From Eledone cirrhosa (taxonomy: Eukaryota): 64,000 bases of DNA. Both the position numbers and the translations under genes were made by a program. The stretch spans positions 53,506,001 through 53,570,000 of the forward strand of contig OZ024747.1 of the NCBI GenBank assembly GCA_964016885.1, written 5' to 3'. The notes below the pieces were generated by a model, which saw only the letters and a list, made by a program, of their open reading frames with translations, did not search any database and was not told the DNA's origin. Of this stretch, positions 21,785-35,090 are shown in pieces (the first letter of the stretch is position 1; every line of letters begins with the position of its first letter).

Positions 21785-22435
21785 CATCCTTTCAGTTTTA
21801 AAACCGTCTGGGTTGTCCAGAATTGATGGCAGGTACCTTATCTGGGACGTCACAGTTAGTGACTCTTTTGCTTCTTCCCACACCCTGGATGCAGTGGTGA
21901 GGGCGAGAGCTACAGCATCCGCAGCTGAGCGGAACAAAATCCTAAAATACAGTCACCCGTTGGCTAACTACATTTTCCAGCCTGTGGCATTCGAGATGTT
22001 TGGGGGGAGTCGGGCTACTGACAGCGAGGTTATTATCTTCACTGGTGGCTCGCCTAACTGAGGTAACTGGTGATGCTCGTAAGGGTGGTTGATTGTTCCA
22101 GCACCTCAGCCTCGCCTTCACCCGAAGTAACGCTGCGAGCATGTTGGCTTGCCTCAAAAATTATTAGAGAGATTTTCTACTGCTCATCGCTATACTGTTA
22201 CCTTTTGCTCTGGTAGCGGCTCGTTTGTCCACACCTTGCGAATTGCCTTTTTGTGTATATGGTCCTAGATGTGTGTATTACCTGTTTGTGTGTTTTTTCT
22301 CTTTCTTTTTTCCTTTCCTTTTCCTTTGTATATATTATATTTGTTTGTGTTTTTGTTCTGTAAGCATTATATTATTATATTTTTATACAACTGGGAATAA
22401 ACCTGTAACAACAAATGAGTTAAAAAAAAAAGAGT
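21785..22435 (+). mobile_element. 3' fragment of a CRE-like non-LTR retrotransposon (restriction-like endonuclease domain, 3' UTR, poly-A)
   Basis: LIWDVTVSDSFASSH..AAERNKILKYS..YIFQPVAFEMFG, then (frameshifted) RLTEVTGD..LFQHLSLAF.RSNAASM, resembling the CRE RLE consensus ending QRGNAA. AATAAA and an A-run lie downstream. Confidence 0.7.
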
Positions 22436-22875
22436 AAAACTTTGTTGTTAAGAATAAGTAAATAAAAAGTTATACTTCATTTTACCCTCCGATTAGGAAA
22501 TTTATCGAACGCTGCTATCATGTCTGTATGTGTGTATGTGTGTGTTTGTGTAAATGTATGTATGTGTTTGTGTGAAAGTATGTGTATTTGTGTGAATGTA
22601 TGTCTGTCAGCGTTACTTCGGGTGAAGGCGAGGCTGAGGTGCTGGAACAATCAACCACCCTTACGAGCATCACCAGCATGTATGTGTTTGTGTGAAAGTA
22701 TGTGTATTTGTGTGAATGTATGTCTGTCAGAGTATATTTTTGTAAGTGTGTCTGTGTTTGCGTGATTAGTTATATACTCATACATATAAATGTATATATA
22801 TATATGAACATATGCACACACATGGACATACACGTCAGCGTGTTTAAAAACATCCCAATCTCTTCATCTATCTCT

Positions 22876-23075
22876 NNNNNNNNNNNNNNNNNNNNNNNNN
22901 NNNNNNNNNNNNNNNNNNNNNNNNNNNNNNNNNNNNNNNNNNNNNNNNNNNNNNNNNNNNNNNNNNNNNNNNNNNNNNNNNNNNNNNNNNNNNNNNNNNN
23001 NNNNNNNNNNNNNNNNNNNNNNNNNNNNNNNNNNNNNNNNNNNNNNNNNNNNNNNNNNNNNNNNNNNNNNNNNNN
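22876..23075. other. Assembly gap (200 N)
   Basis: N run. Confidence 1.
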
Positions 23076-23259
23076 TATTATATAGAGAGAGTTGAAAGAG
23101 GTGGTGGTGGCAATATACCGGAAGTGTTGAAATTTGAAACTTTTTAAAGAAGTGAATCTTGAAATAAGCAATGAAATTATTTACATTTAATCAAGAGTTA
23201 CGAAATTTAGTACATAAATTATGTAATATTCATTCATTATTTATTGGATTGGCAAAAAA

Positions 23260-25795
23260 TGGGGTCGATAAAATAAAGTACCAGTAATCTACTGGGTAAT
23301 TGCTGGCCTTGTGCCAAAAGTAGAAACAATTATTTATTGGATTGGCAATATCGGTAGAGGGTCGGACGCCATGCTTTGACGCATAGAGTTACGGCCCTTG
23401 ACATTCTGAGTTCAAATCCCGCCGAGGTTAACTTAGCCTTTCATCCTTATGGGGTCGATAAAATAAAGTACCAGTAATGCACTGGGTAATTGCTGGCCTT
23501 GTGCCAAAAAGTAGAAACAATTATTTATTCAAAGTAATCCAACTTATTTTACTAACGGGATAAAAAAATATAAACAGGACATAGTCCCACACTCCTTACT
23601 TTATTATATATAGATATTATATCATAATAATTGTAAATTTTGTGTTAATTCCTAATTCTGAAATGTTGTTCATTTGAGATTGTGAGGTTTTGTAATTTTC
23701 CACTTCAGTAAATATTTAATTCTGTAGTTTTTCTAATCAGTAATTCCATTGTATGGTAATTCGGTTGATTCTCTAATCTCTAATTTTCTACTTCTATTCT
23801 TCTGTTTTTATAATTATTATTATTACTAGATGAGAGTGATGTTGTCTTCTCCCTCTTTCTGTCACACATATACTCTCTCTCTTTGAATAAATGGTGTTCC
23901 TTTTCTCTCTCTATCTATGTACATCTCTTTCACTTGATACTCTTCCTCTCTCTATATAGATCAGGGCAACATCCCAACTTTCTTTCTATCTATCTTTTTC
24001 TGTCACCTTGAAAACACACTCTTTTCTCTTTTCTCTCTATATCTATGTAAATATCTCTCGCTTGGTGCTCCCCTCTCTATATAAAGTGAGCGTAGCAGAC
24101 GGACTGACTGACAAACAAACTAAAAGCGCTATTATTATAATATAGATTATTATTATTATTAATAAATAATTATAAAATAATTGTTTCTATTTTAGGCACA
24201 AGGCCAGAAATTACCCAGTAGATTACTGATACTTTATTTTATCGACCCCGTAAGGATGAAAGGCAAAGTTAACCTCGGCGGGATTTGAACTCAGATCATA
24301 AAGGGACGTAAATAATTATAAAATAATGGCGGTGGATTGGCAGTATCAGTAGAGAGTTTGATGCCATGCTTTTCAGCATGGAGTTATGTCCCTTTACGGT
24401 CTGAGTTCAAATCCCGCGCAGGTTAACTTTGCCTTTCATCCTTACGGGGTCGATTAAAATAAAGTACCAGTAATGCACTGGGTAATTGCTGGCCTTGTGC
24501 CTAAAGTAGAGACAATTATTATTAGTAAATAATTATAAAATAATTGTTTCTATTTTAGGCACAAGACTAGCAATTACCCAGTGCATTACTGGTACTTTAT
24601 TTTATCGACCCCGTAAGGATGAAAGGCAAAGTTAACCTCAGCGGGATTTGAACTCAGATCATAAAGGGACGTAACTCTATGCTTCAAAGCATGGTGTCCG
24701 ACTCTCTACCGATACTGCCAAATAAAATAATGGTGGTGGATTGGAAGTATCAGTAGAGAGTTGGATGCCACGCTTTTCAGCATGGAGTTACGTCCCTTTA
24801 CGGTCTGAGTTCAAATCCCGCCGAGGTTAACTTTCCCTTTCATCCTTACGGGGATCGATAATATAGAGTACCAGTAATGCACTGGGATAATTGCTGGCCT
24901 TGTGCCAAAAGTAGAAACGATTATTAAATAATTTTGCAATTATCTAATTATGTATGGTTATATATCACTGTATGTGGCAAATTGACAGTTTATAGAACAT
25001 CAGAATGCTTTGCAGAATTTGCTCTGGCTCTCTATTCTCTGAGTTCAACTCCCACCAAGGTTATCTTTGTCTTTCATGCTTTTGAGGCCAATAAAAAAAG
25101 CCCCAGTCCACCACTGGAGTTGATTCCTCCTCTATATATCTCTCACTTCTTCTCTGGAAGAAATTGGCTGTGTTCCTTGAACCTGGAAAGGGCTAGGCTC
25201 TGCCAAGTTTAAAATGTGCCCTATAATTATATATTGACCACACATATCATACTGACAACACATATTCTATTTGTCATACATGTCCTGTCTACTATACATC
25301 CTACGAACCTCACCTACCCTTCCAGAATTCTTTCCCCTTTTTGAAACCAACCGTAACCGGCAGCTCACACCAACATTAGGATATCCTTCTTAAAATAAAC
25401 AATAATTGTTTCTACTTTTGGGACAAGGCCAGCAATTATCCCAGTGTATTACTGGTACTTTATTTTATCGACCCCGTAAGGATGAAAGGCAAAGTCAACC
25501 TCGACGGGATTTGAACTCAGACCATAAAGGACCGTAAGTCTTTGCTGCAAAGCATAGCGTCCGACCCTCTACCGATATTGCCAATCCACTGCCTCTTAAA
25601 ATAAATAATAATTGTTTCTACTTTAGGCACAAGGCCAGCAATTACCCAGTGCATTACTGGTACTTTATTTTATCGACCCCCGGAAGGATGAAAGGCAAAG
25701 TCAACCTCGGCGGGATTTGAACTCAGATCGTAAAGAGATGTAACTATGCTGGAAAGCATGGCGTCCGACACTCTACTGATACTGCCAATCCACTA
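23260..25795. mobile_element. Cluster of about 8 SINE family-1 copies in mixed orientation
   Basis: Approximate copies: 23260-23332(+, partial), 23337-23523(+), 24178-24310(-), 24328-24518(+), 24541-24721(-), 24731-24923(+), 25402-25592(-), 25608-25793(-), separated by (AAT/TAT)-rich spacers. Confidence 0.9.
23826..24146 (-). mobile_element. Possible non-autonomous Helitron-like element
   Basis: Minus strand begins A|TCTATATTATAATAA.. with a (gtct/gttt) microsatellite near the 5' end and ends ..CTAG|T. No clear subterminal hairpin. Confidence 0.4.
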
Positions 25796-26427
25796 AACAA
25801 TAATATCAAATTCTCATAGACTTGAGATTTTGTGAGATAAAGCCTTTACTATGAAAATACAATAGTAATTATAGAGTAGTGTAAATGCTAAAGGGTTAAT
25901 CACATATATTCTACTAAGCACATTATATTATTTACTGCATATTTTTTATCTGTGATACATATATTACTGACAACATTTCCTTATCTACATTAAATCTTGT
26001 GTTTACCATACACATGTTTGTTATTAACATTATATGTCCTATCTACAAAACTTCTCTTTTTTACAACATATGTCCTATCTACATTACATGTCCTATTAAC
26101 ACTTAAACATGTCCTATTAACGATACATATCTTATGGACAACACATCTCTTAACTACAATACATGTCATATCTTACAATACATGTCATAGCTATAATATA
26201 TATCCTAACTCTATTACTAATCACATATGTCCTCTTACTATCTATATATATTATTTACAATATATACCTTACTGACAAGACATGTCCTATTTTCAAATAT
26301 GTCCTATTTTCAACACATGTCCTACTAAGCTTAGATTCTCTAAATTGTTTTCTATTTGCTCATCTTTTAATGTTCTTTCAACAGAATTAGAATTCTTGCA
26401 TAATAGAAAGTTTCTGTTGCAAGACCT

Positions 26428-26476
26428 CTCTGTCTCTCTACTCCCTCTCTCTCCTCACTCACTCTCTCTCTCTTTC

Positions 26477-26532
<56 letters not shown>

Positions 26533-26806
26533 ACACACACACACTCTCTCCCTCTACTCTCACTCTCTCTACTCCCTCACTCTCTCTCACACACTCTCTC
26601 TCCTCACTCACTCTCTCTCTATGTATCTCTCTTCTCTCTCTCTCTCTTCTCACTCATTCTCCCTCTATGTATCTCTCTCTCTATCTATGCCTCATCTATC
26701 CATCTGGCTATTTACGTCATTTATTTCAAAGGTGTAGCAACAGAATAAATATGAAATAAAATACCCCACATACATACATACATACATACATACATACATA
26801 CATACA

Positions 26807-26837
<31 letters not shown>

Positions 26838-27057
26838 TTACATACAGTCACATATGTAGGTACATACATACATACATGCTTACATACATACATACATACA
26901 TACAAATATACAAACATACATACATGCTTACATACATACATACATACAAACATACATACATGCTTACATACATGCATACATACATACATACATACATACA
27001 TACATACATACATACATACATACATACAGCCACATATGTAGGTACATACATACATGC

Positions 27058-27088
<31 letters not shown>

Positions 27089-27639
27089 CATACATACATA
27101 CATACATACATGCTTACATACATACATGCATACATACATACACATATGTACGTACATACATACATACATATATACATACATATATACATACATACATAGA
27201 TACATATTTACATACATTCACATATGTACATACATACGTACTTACATACATGCTTACATACATACATACATATTTACGTACATTCACATATGTACGTATA
27301 TACATACATACATGCTTACATACATACATACTTATATACATACATACATACATACATATTTACATACATTCACATACGTACATACATACATACATACATA
27401 TACCTAAAAACACACACATATATAATTATCATACTTTCATATACATTAATACCATTTCAATATACATATACACATATGTATATGTATATACACATATAGG
27501 TATATACACACACATATAATGACAACAAAATAAAGCAAATTGACAAAAGAAAATACTAAAAGTGTAGAATAGAGAACATATATATTTACTTATTATATTA
27601 TCTATATATTTATTTAATTTTTCTCTCATACATACACAC

Positions 27640-27685
<46 letters not shown>

Positions 27686-28010
27686 GTGTGCGTAAGTATA
27701 TATGTATATATGTATGTATATATATATATATATATACATGTGTGTGTATGTATATATGTATATATGTATGTATGAGAGAAAAATTAAATAAATATATAGA
27801 TAATATAATATAACATTTATACATACATATATACATATATACATACACACACCCATGTATATATATATATACACACATATGTAAATACATATATACATAC
27901 ATACACACACATATACACAAATACACACATACATATATACATACATACATACATACATACATACATACATACATACATACATACATACATACATACATAC
28001 ATACATACAT
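26428..28010. repeat. Compound (CT)n, (ACAT)n and (TA)n microsatellite field
   Basis: Direct inspection. Confidence 0.9.
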
Positions 28011-28117
28011 CTTTTCCATTTTATTTATTTCTCTATTCATCTCCTCCAAATAGTATTTGTTTCTAGATAATTCTATGTAACTTGAGAAGTCTGTTAACTG
28101 TTGCAACATGCTGATAT

Positions 28118-28988
28118 CACCACCCCCACCACCACCACCACCACCACCACCTATAGCATCACCAGCAACGCCACCATCGATACCAGCTCCACCTCCACCA
28201 CCACCACCACTGCCCTTATTACTATCACTACTAGCCTCATCCACCTTTTCTTCCACCACAGTCCCACCACCACCACCACCACCACCAGCTCCATCACCAT
28301 CACCATCACCACCACATCCAACAACACTACCTCCACCACCAACACCACCAATACCACCATCACTACCATATCCAACAGCACCCCCCCCCCCACCATCAAC
28401 CACCACCACCATCACCATCATCCATCACATCCAACAGCACTACCTCTACCACCAGCACCAGCACCACCACCATCAGCACTACCACCACCAACACCACCAT
28501 CACCATCACCACCACATCCAACAGCACCACCACCACCACCACCACCATCACCTCCACCACCAACACCACCATCACCATCACCACCGCATCCAACAGCATT
28601 ACCTCCACCACCCACCACCAGCACTACCACCACCAACACCACCATCACCACCACCACCACCACATCCAATAGCTCAACCACCACTACCACCACCACCACC
28701 ACCACCATCACCATCACATCCAACAGCACCACCACCACCAGCAATACCGCCACCACCACCACCACCACCACTACCACCATCACCACCATCACCACCACCA
28801 CCACCACCACCACATCCATCACCACCACCACCACCACCACATCTATCACCACCACCATCACCACCACCACCAGCACCACCACCACCACCACCATATCCAT
28901 CACCACCACCATCACCACCACCACCACCACCACCACCACATCCATCACCACCACCACCACCACCACATCTATCACCACCACCACCACC

Positions 28989-29019
<31 letters not shown>

Positions 29020-29060
29020 CCACCACCACCACCACCACATCCATCACCACCACCACCACC

Positions 29061-29091
<31 letters not shown>

Positions 29092-29120
29092 CATCCATCA
29101 CCACCACCATCACCACCACC

Positions 29121-29151
<31 letters not shown>

Positions 29152-29230
29152 CCACCACCACAACATCCATCACCACCACCACCACCACCACCACCCACCA
29201 CCGCCACCACCATCACTACATCACCTCCTA
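28118..29230. repeat. 1.1-kb degenerate (CCA)n tract
   Basis: Gives poly-P/T/H and poly-G/V ORFs in all frames. Confidence 0.9.
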
Positions 29231-29500
29231 CCCCTCTCTTATCAAGACACCAGATTCTATCAGCTGTTTTTGCTAACATATATTCTTGTCAGTCATTTTA
29301 TTTTAAAACTTGGAATCTTAACTTCTTCATCACACTTCAATGTTTTTCTTCTTCTTTTTAGTTTTTCTTAAACTTTTTTCTTTTTTATCACTAATCTTTT
29401 ATTTGTTTTTCATGCTTTTATTATTTTTATCTGTTTGTTTAATGGTATCTTTATTTTTTAGCTTTTTAGATTTTTCTTTGGGGGAGAGAAGTTTGGAGGA

Positions 29501-29502
<2 letters not shown>

Positions 29503-29558
<56 letters not shown>

Positions 29559-29648
29559 ATATATATATATATATACATGTATATATATATATGCATATAT
29601 ATATATATGTATATATACATGCATATATATATATATATGCATATATAT

Positions 29649-29691
<43 letters not shown>

Positions 29692-29731
29692 TGTATATAT
29701 ATATACATGTATATATATGTATATATATACA

Positions 29732-29799
<68 letters not shown>

Positions 29800-29813
29800 T
29801 ATATATACACATC

Positions 29814-29845
<32 letters not shown>

Positions 29846-29907
29846 TGTGTACATTTTGCCAGGTGGTGCTATTAAGTTATACATGGCCTGAACCAATAGT
29901 ATCATAG

Positions 29908-29986
<79 letters not shown>
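29503..29986. repeat. (TA)n/(GA)n microsatellites
   Basis: Direct inspection. Confidence 0.9.
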
Positions 29987-29989
<3 letters not shown>

Positions 29990-30191
29990 GGAATTGGAAA
30001 TAGCATGGAAAATATATTTAAGTATCTGCTTTTCTTTTTTTCCTTTTGATTCATCAAAGTGACATTATTGAAAAAGTGAGAGGGACAATTCTTTAAAAAA
30101 AAGGAAGTTTTTATAATGTATATAAAATATATAAAATATAACCAGTTTCGATGTATCACTGTGAACCATCTTATCAAATGTTGAATAATAC

Positions 30192-30280
30192 AATTAAAAA
30201 GAATTAAAAAGAATTTAGAAGAATTAAAAAGAATTAAAAAGAATTAAAAAGAATTAAAAAGAATTAAAAAGAATTAAAAA
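30192..30280. repeat. 10-bp tandem repeat (aattaaaaag)n
   Basis: About 9 units. Confidence 0.9.
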
Positions 30281-30411
30281 TTAAAAATTTAAAATTAAGT
30301 GTTGAAAAGGTCCATTCATCTTTCTTGTTGTGAAAATGGAACTTATTTATAGAGAGAGAGGTAGTCATAGTAGTAGAAGAAGTGTTGTGTGTGTGTATAT
30401 ATATATATATA

Positions 30412-30572
30412 TAACGAAGGAGTTGTGGTAAGGAACCAAATGGACCATAACGCACCAGAGTACTCAATACTTAGGTAGTAGAGTGGGTAATAGGAAATTG
30501 TATGAAATTGTATGTCAGTCCAGAAATAGTCGTTGAAACGGCTTGAGCTCTGCCGTCAGGGTCATACTTTTT

Positions 30573-30577
<5 letters not shown>
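30412..30577. mobile_element. Second copy of the 10555-10750 (TA)n-flanked element, left hairpin arm largely deleted
   Basis: Shared ttgtggtaaggaacca.atggaccataacgcaccagagtactcaatacttagg and cagaaatag.cgt.gaaacggcttgagc..tactttttcct. Confidence 0.8.
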
Positions 30578-30610
<33 letters not shown>

Positions 30611-30704
30611 CACATATATACATATATATACATATATACATATATATACATATATATATATATACATATATACATATACATATATATGTATATATGTGCT
30701 ACAA

Positions 30705-31177
30705 TTTGAGATTGGTGTGGAAGTTGGACCTTCGTAAAGACCTAAAAATCCACCTCTTCATTGCTGTAGTGGAGTCTCTGCTGCTGTACGGTTTTGAGAC
30801 TTGGACACTGACCAAGAAACTCACTCAGATGGTGGATGGGTGCTACACGAAAATGCTGAGGAAGGCTCCGAACATTAATCAGTATTCACTGAGAATGAAA
30901 AACTCCGAGCTGTAGAGGAACCTCCCAAAAACCAGCTACGAGAGTAGCCCAGGTTAGCTGGACATGCTCACCAACATCCAGAGTTGATACTGCACTCAGT
31001 GCTCCTGTGGGAGCCCCTGCATGAACACACTAGAAGAGGAAGACCGAGGTTGACATATGTTGATGCCCTAAGGACAGACACTGGTCTCTTGGAGAAGCAG
31101 GACATGGCAGCGATGATGAGGGACAGAGACCGCTGGAGAGAACTCGTCCATGGATCTCAGGAATTTTATCCGCCCTA
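30705..31177 (+). mobile_element. 3' fragment of a third RTE-like LINE family
   Basis: [56 protein letters not shown]. Confidence 0.8.
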
Positions 31178-31274
31178 GATATCATCATCATCATCATCAT
31201 CATCATCGTTTAACGTCTATCTTCCACATTAGCATGGGTTTAGAATATATATTATATATTGCTTGCCTTAAAGC

Positions 31275-31890
31275 ATTTGGTTTCACAATCAGTATTAAAG
31301 AAGACTGAGGTGGTGCATCAACCAAGGACAACCCCCACCCTCACCCCTAAACAAGTTGAATATGTTGGGCAAGGACTGCCAAGTCACAGTCATCCCTATG
31401 TTCTCATCACTGTTGATGGCAAGGATCTGATGTATGTGACCTCCTTTACTTACATTGGCAGCAAGGTGAACCGCTCTGCATCCCCGGATGATGAGATTGT
31501 CAATGGTATTGCTAAGCTGACACCTTTGGCAAACTACATCAATGTTTATAGAGTGTCAGAGGTATATCCCTGAAAACGAAAGCTGCAGTTTATCATGCAA
31601 TGGTACTGACAACATTCTTGTATGGCATTAGAGTCATGGACACTTTACCTCACTCACATACATAAGCTTGATGTTTTCCACAAACATTGTCTTTGCTCTG
31701 TCTGTGGTTATGTGTACTTTCTGACAGAATCTCCTGTCAATCTCTTCATGAGGTGGGATTGACTCATTTCTGATGCAATCCCAACTTAGATGGGCTGGTC
31801 ATGTCTTATGGATGACTGAGGAGCTCACACCCAAAGTTCTGTTATATAGTCAACTTCATTACAAGACTCAGATAAACTAAAGTACAATCT
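31275..31890 (+). mobile_element. Decayed RTE/BovB-like LINE fragment
   Basis: KKTEVVHQP..ITVDGKDL..FTYIGS..DDEIVNGIAK, then degraded LYG/WT and QLRWAGHV-like segments. Confidence 0.7.
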
Positions 31891-31893
31891 TAA

Positions 31894-32113
31894 CCCTTTA
31901 ATGTTCAAACCAGCCAAAACCGGCCAGAATTCTCTACCTTTTTCTGTTGAAACTGGCTGTAACTGGTCACTCAAACTGATGTTAAGGTATTTCTCTCAAA
32001 ATAAATACTTTCAAAATCTCATAGATTCAATATTATGTGAGATAATTATGTGAGATAAAGCCTTTACCATGAAAATATAATAGTATATATAGAGTAATGT
32101 GAATGGTAAAGGG
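31894..32113. mobile_element. piggyBac-type MITE
   Basis: TTAA|CCCTTTA...TAAAGGG|TTAA. Homologues at 60769-60978 and partial at 25797-25898. Confidence 0.75.
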
Positions 32114-32985
32114 TTAAATCAGTGAACATATCTCTTACCCTCTTCTGAACCCTAGCTGCTGACCATATATATATATATATAATCATCGTCATCTTTATTG
32201 TTTAATGTCAGCGTTCCCTGCTAGCAAGGGTTGGATGGGTCTACATAAACCAAGTGAGTACTGAAGTGAGGTTACTGACCTTCCAGACACAATCATATGT
32301 TCTATCAAGTGAAGATGAGGAGTCGTGTCATATGACACCAACTGCATGTGTGTGTGTGAACGAGAGAGAGGAGGGGGGGGGGGTGAGAGATAGGCGGATG
32401 AGAGAGAGGGAGAGAGAGGCGAGAGAAAGAGAGAGAGAAGGAGAGAGAGAGAGTGCATATGGCTTTGTTGATGTTGCTTTGTTCAGGACAAGCTGAGCAG
32501 ACAAAGCTATAATTAAAGACATTCCAGATGTGAACATCATGACTTTTTAGAGATGTCTATCTGATATGTCCTTTTGCTTTTTAAGACAGAATGTGATCTG
32601 AGGGAGATTTGACTGCTATTTCTTGCATTATTAGTAATCATACAGTGGCATGCTAATATATTGGTTATATAATGCTTGTGTTTGTACATGTGTGCATGTG
32701 TAGAGGTGGTTGGTGTGTGTCTTTGAGAGTATGTATGTGTATGGATATGTGAGTATGGGGACGGTGAGCATGAGGTAGTGTGTATGTATCTTGGAGGGTA
32801 GCATGGCTGCGAATGTGTGTGTGTATGGGGTAGAGGTGGGTAAAGGGTAGTTGGTAGAGTGAGGAGGTATGACATATCAATGTCTACAAAGACAGATATT
32901 AATCTGGTGTTTATATCAATTACCAACCGGAGCTGTGTCCAATATATATTGCTATCCATATGTGTATACATATCAACATACACAT

Positions 32986-33019
<34 letters not shown>

Positions 33020-33207
33020 CTATACATATATATATATATACACACATATGTGTGTTTGTAGATATTTATAATGTATGGGTTTTATTGTTAGTATAAGAGA
33101 ATTAATATGTTATTTTAAATTTAATATGAACATGCGTGGGTGTCGGTATGTTTATCTTTCTGCACTGGAAAATATATTAAGATAGAAATTTATGTATAAA
33201 AAAAATC

Positions 33208-33247
<40 letters not shown>

Positions 33248-33575
33248 TGTGTGTGTGTATGTGTATGTGTGTGTGCATATATATAGATATATGTATATAG
33301 TTCATATATCTCTTGGTTTACTGGTTCTCGAATTTCAGGAAAGCAAGGTGCCAAATGCTAATTCACCGAGTCTGAACAAATTAGCCATTGGCTCCGTGAA
33401 AGTCAAGCAGCAGTCAGCCATGATATATATATATATATATATATGACATAAGAAATACAACTCCGATATATTCATAAAGTTTCTTCTTCAGTAAATGCTT
33501 CTTGTTATTTTGATAACTATAAATCTACAACTCTGCATTAACCTGTATATGTCTTCAACATTATTTGACATCCGC

Positions 33576-33741
33576 AGGGTTGGACGCCATGCTTTCTAGC
33601 ACAGTTACATCCCTTTACAGTCTGAGTTCAAATCCCGCCAAGGTTAACTTTGCCTTTCATCCTTACGGGGTCGATAAAAATAAAGTACCAGTAATGTACT
33701 GGGTAATTGCTGGCCTTGTGCCTAAAGTAGAAACAATTATT
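33576..33741 (+). mobile_element. SINE family 1 (5'-truncated)
   Basis: Same B-box, central domain and 3' end as the other copies. Confidence 0.85.
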
Positions 33742-33784
33742 TGACATCCGCCTTTCCTGCTGCCATGAATTGGATGGGTTACAG

Positions 33785-34352
33785 CAGTGGTTTCCAGCCT
33801 CTTTTTATACCATGGACTGGATTCATGCCGGACAATCTTTCCTCAGACTGGTAGTTGCTCATATGCAGTGCAGGATTTACGTATAAGCTAAACAAGCTAT
33901 AGCTTAGGGCCCCCACTTTCTTGGGGCCCCAACAAAAAAAACAAAAAAACGGTGCGTACATTTCCAAAATATAAGATAAAAAAGAACTAATATAATATGA
34001 TAGTTTTAAACAGTTTTCTGCTTTAATATTGAACATTTTGCAGTTTTTAAAACATTTTTTATAACATATAAAGGACCCCATTATCTCAAATAGCTTAGGG
34101 CCTCATCAAATCTAAATCCGGCCCTGCTCATATGTGTTATTTAAGTGCATTTCCATAAAGACAGCAATAATAAAAAGAAAAAGTGTATTAAGTATATGAA
34201 TATTGAATATTTAAACAAATCTTTTTAAATTAAAGTTCAATATTCAATTTATCTATTATATAATTTTAAACAAATTAAAAATTTTTTGCAGCCTGGTAGC
34301 AAATGATCCATGAAATGGTACCAGTCCATGGCCCGGTGGTTGGGGACATATG
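33785..34352. mobile_element. hAT-type MITE with 8-bp TSD ggttacag
   Basis: cagtggtttccagcct... / ...ggtggttggggacatatg, flanked by ggttacag at 33777-33784 and 34353-34360. Confidence 0.75.
33866..34126. mobile_element. Nested hAT-type MITE with 8-bp TSD ctcatatg
   Basis: TIRs cagtgcaggattta / taaatccggccctg; TSD at 33858-33865 and 34127-34134. Confidence 0.85.
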
Positions 34353-34374
34353 GGTTACAGAGTCTGTTAAAACA

Positions 34375-35090
34375 GGGGTAGGATAGGTGGTATACATGGT
34401 CCAAGACTACAACTGAACGATGGGTAGGATACATGGTCCAATACTACATGCGTAGGATGGCTGGGATACATGGTACAAGACTATATGGGTAGGATAGTGG
34501 GATACATGGTACAAGACTACATGGGTAGGATGGTGGGATACATGGTCCAAGACTACATGGGAAAGATGAGTGGGATATATGGTACAAGACTACATGTGTA
34601 GGATGGGTGGGATATATGGTCCAAGACTACATGTGTAGAATGGGTGGGATATATGGTCCAATGCTACATGTGTAGGATGGGTGGGATATATGGTCCAAGA
34701 CTACATGGGTAGGATGGGTGGGATATATGGTCCAAGACTACATGGGTAGGATGGCTGCGATACATAGTTCAAGACTACATGGGTAGGATGGGTGGGATAC
34801 ATGGTCCAAGACTACATGGGTAGGATGGTTGGGATATATGGTCCAAGACTACATGGGTAGGTTGAGTGGGATACATGGTACAAGACTACATGCGTAGGTT
34901 GGCTGCGATACATGGTCCAAGACTACATGGGTAGGTTGGGTGTGATACATGGTACAAGACAACATGGGTAGGATGGGTGGGATACATGGTACAAGACTAC
35001 ATGCGTAGGATGGCTGGGATACATGGTCCATACAAGAGTAGGATGGATGGGATACATCGTACAAGATTACATGGTTAGGATGGGTGGGAT
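34375..35090. repeat. 37-bp minisatellite, about 19 diverged copies
   Basis: Consensus gggatacatggtccaagactacatgggtaggatgggt; period 37 (34621, 34658, 34695). Confidence 0.9.

Noticed and set aside
26726-28006. Tyr/Ile/Met/Cys/Val-rich ORFs (also 29.3-30.2 kb and 57.9-58.3 kb)
   Set aside because: Translations of (TA)n/(ACAT)n microsatellites.
28101-29361. Extensin/formin/mucin-like Pro- or Thr-rich ORFs (391-417 aa)
   Set aside because: Open in several frames on both strands because the DNA is a degenerate (CCA)n tract; no domain or splice support.
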